64,000 nt of DNA, taken from Moniliella sp. 'wahieum'. Taxonomy: Eukaryota. The stretch covers positions 620,001-684,000 of the forward strand of contig RSEE01000013.1 in the NCBI GenBank assembly GCA_003971905.1, read 5' to 3'. The notes beneath the pieces are model-generated. The model did not search any database. It was not told where the DNA came from and saw nothing but the letters and a program-made list of their open reading frames with translations. A program made the translations under genes and the position numbers. Positions 61,801 to 64,000 of the stretch are shown piece after piece. Position 1 is the first letter of the stretch. Every line of letters starts with the position of its first letter.

Positions 61801-62560
61801 CGCGCCTGGGGGCAGGCGGAGGGCTGTGCGGATGGGGGCGACGACGGGGGAAGGTGGTCGGGGCTGGGAAGGGCATTGGGGTTCCTCGGGTCGTGCTGGG
61901 CTTGATCGGGCTGGGCGTGATCGGGAGGCTCGAGCGTCATGCTCTCGTTGCTCTGCTCCGACTCGTTTCGGGAAGGCACCCGCCGCTCGGAATCCGTCTC
62001 GTCTGCCTCGTCGTCAGCGACCATGTCGAGGGCAGATTTGCTCTCGGCCTCGTCGTCAGCGACCATGTCGAGGCCACAAGGGGGGGGCTCGCACCGAGCC
62101 AGCTCGGGCAGGGGCGGGCGCTCGAGGTCGAGCGAGGGCTGTGTGGCAGAGGTGGCGGTACTGCGTACAGTCCAGATGGAGGCGGGAGGCGCGTGTGGAG
62201 GAGCTGTAGCGGTTGGAGCCGCTGGGGCGAGGCGAGGCGTCGGTGGTGCGTGGCTCGGGGGGCAGCGGGGCGGGGCGTACATGAACGCACGCGGGTCGGT
62301 GGGCGCCGGCAGCGAGGTGCGCACGGCCGAGGAGGGAGACCGAGGCTCGCGGGGGACGGGGATGGGGGACAGGCGGCGGGCGAGCGGGGCGAGCAGGGCG
62401 AGCGGGGCGAGGGGGCGCGCGGGGGCGGGGCGGGCGCAGAGGCACAAGGGTGGTCCTGGGCAGGCAGGCGGGGAGACGAGGGGGCAGTGGCGGCCGAGTG
62501 GAAGGACTGGTTGCTGGCGGTGGACGTGGGCCCCAGGGGAAAGAGGACAGAGGAGGCCAT
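58859..62560 (-). CDS. LRR-DH-PH Rho guanine-nucleotide exchange factor
   Basis: LRRs (LLTLDVSDC..LRELRVSGNPL..LSSLRLANNSL..LRMQGNPF); DH domain (ILIELLSSEVSYVKGLQAL, VFGNVESLLHFH, FLRMYATF, LLLPVQRIPR, MNEAKRQAE); PH-like domain (LVRDG.., YYLSAPDPAAASAW). Start uncertain. Confidence 0.85.
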
Positions 62561-62983
62561 GGCGAGGGCGGGGTGGCGGGGGGTGGTGGGCAGAGGAGGG
62601 GCGATGGAGGGGGCGGGCAGGGCAGGGGAAGGTGAAGGTGCGGCTGGGCGGGAAGCGTGCCGACGCAAGGGAGGCGTGCTAGCAGCTGCAGGTACCGGCT
62701 GGGCTGCCTGCCCACGTACCCGCGCCTTGTCTCTGCTGGGTTTTTTTCCGGGTGGCCCTGTGCGGCTGGGCTGCGGTGTGCGATACGCGTGATGCGTGAC
62801 CCGCTGCGGCTGCCGCACACCGGCGGGGTGCGTGCGCTGGGCAGCGCCCTGGGGCACCTGTCTTGGGCGGCGTGAAACGGGGGTGAGCGTCACGCGTGGG
62901 GCGGCGACGGAGACAGCAACACGGGCGCCGTGCGGGGCTGATAAAGCGCCGCCGCGTTTGCGCTTGGCTGGGCTGCGGGCGTG

Positions 62984-63454
62984 CATGTCACATGTCATGC
63001 ATCATGTCCGGGGCTGCTTGCAGGCGGGGGGCAGGGGGCGGGCGAGTCATGTGGTGGCTGCTATCGGCCGCCGCACAGGGGCAGTGCGCGTGCTGCGCCC
63101 TGGATGCCCCCGTGCAACGCTCAGGCACAGGCACTGGGGTGCGGTGCAGCTGTCCCGTGCGGTGCCACCCGCACCCCCAGCAGGGGCGTGCTCAGAGCCA
63201 CATGCTGTCGGCAGACGCTGCCCCCCTGCGGCCCCACTTGCGGCGCCACTACCGCTGCGGCTGCCCTGACGCCTGGCTGGCCCAAACCCCCACTCGCCAC
63301 TACCGCATGGGCATGTGCCCGCACACGTGGCCCCTCTCGTTCCCAGCCCCACGCCTCATCGCCTCATCGCCTCATCCACCCCCACCAGCGCCCTCTCCCC
63401 CGCTCGCTCGCCCCTCCGTGCTCTGACGTGTGACATGTGACATGTGATCCATTG
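62984..63454. repeat. Two TNA-centred arrays upstream of the RhoGEF
   Basis: CATG TCA CATG TCA TGCA TCA TG (62984-63006); TGA CGTG TGA CATG TGA CATG TGA (63424-63447). Confidence 0.85.
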
Positions 63455-64000
63455 ATTCGCAACGGCGACACAATGCCATTTTCCACATTCAGATCTGGTA
63501 TCTAATCTGCATCTTCTGCATGGCCGTGGCCATGCTTTCCAGCAAAAGCTTGATCCTTGAATTTGAAATTTGATCCGCTCGCCCTCTGCATCATCCATCC
63601 ATCACCGGTCACCCGCCTCTCCATCGCAGGCAGGAGGCCAGCGCCCCAGTAATGACTGTGAGTTACCGAGTATGCCAAGAGCACGACGCTCTTCGAAGAA
63701 CTCGCTGAGTAGCCAGCGTAGTCAACTGACGTGCCTCTGCTACCATGCTACCCCATCCTGCCCGCGCCCTGTGTACTTGTCCCGCACCCACATGGCCTTG
63801 CCCACCGAGAGGGGGAAGAGAGAGGGAGAGAGGAGGAAAGACCCCGCAGTGAAAGTTTTCGGGGGCAACGTGGCGTGCTCTGCGTGAGTGTTGCGCCACA
63901 AAAAACACCTACGTGACAATGGCATCTGAATTCTGAATCGCAAGTGGCAATATTGCAATGTTTGCGCTTAGCAGCCATGTGGCCGATGGCAGAGGCATAC

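Noticed and set aside
2852..62560. Mating-type locus (RPL39 is MAT-linked in Cryptococcus)
   Set aside because: No homeodomain, STE3 receptor or convincing pheromone precursor gene seen.

Overview
Eukaryotic, fungal DNA, most consistent with a basidiomycete: GC-rich genes with short GT..AG introns and intron-containing tRNAs. Most long conserved ORFs are broken by 1-nt indels, often at homopolymers, which suggests an unpolished long-read consensus, so gene boundaries are approximate. Recognisable genes: PWWP protein, RPL39, Zn-dependent alcohol dehydrogenase, secreted GH5 exo-1,3-beta-glucanase, multi-BRCT Rtt107/Brc1, UBC8 (unusually degenerate), Rab11/Ypt31, beta-tubulin, tRNA-Gln(CTG), Yck-type casein kinase 1, FCP1/NIF-type HAD protein, DHA1 MFS transporter, RPS14, tRNA-Ala(TGC), SFI1, LUC7, ILV6 and an LRR-DH-PH RhoGEF. 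Two gene-poor, lower-GC islands (~5.4-12.9 kb and ~26.9-37.3 kb) hold LTR-retroelement debris: three solo LTRs with 5-bp target-site duplications, a gag-like remnant and a diverged ~200-bp inverted repeat pair. The most striking unexplained signal is a recurring non-coding pattern in many intergenic spacers: 7-bp duplications centred on TNA, whose junctions carry reverse-complement copies of the flanking dinucleotide (TNA-XY-Y'X'-TNA). This resembles stacked P-nucleotide footprints of a hairpin-forming excision/repair process. That mechanism is my inference; I found no transposase in the window.
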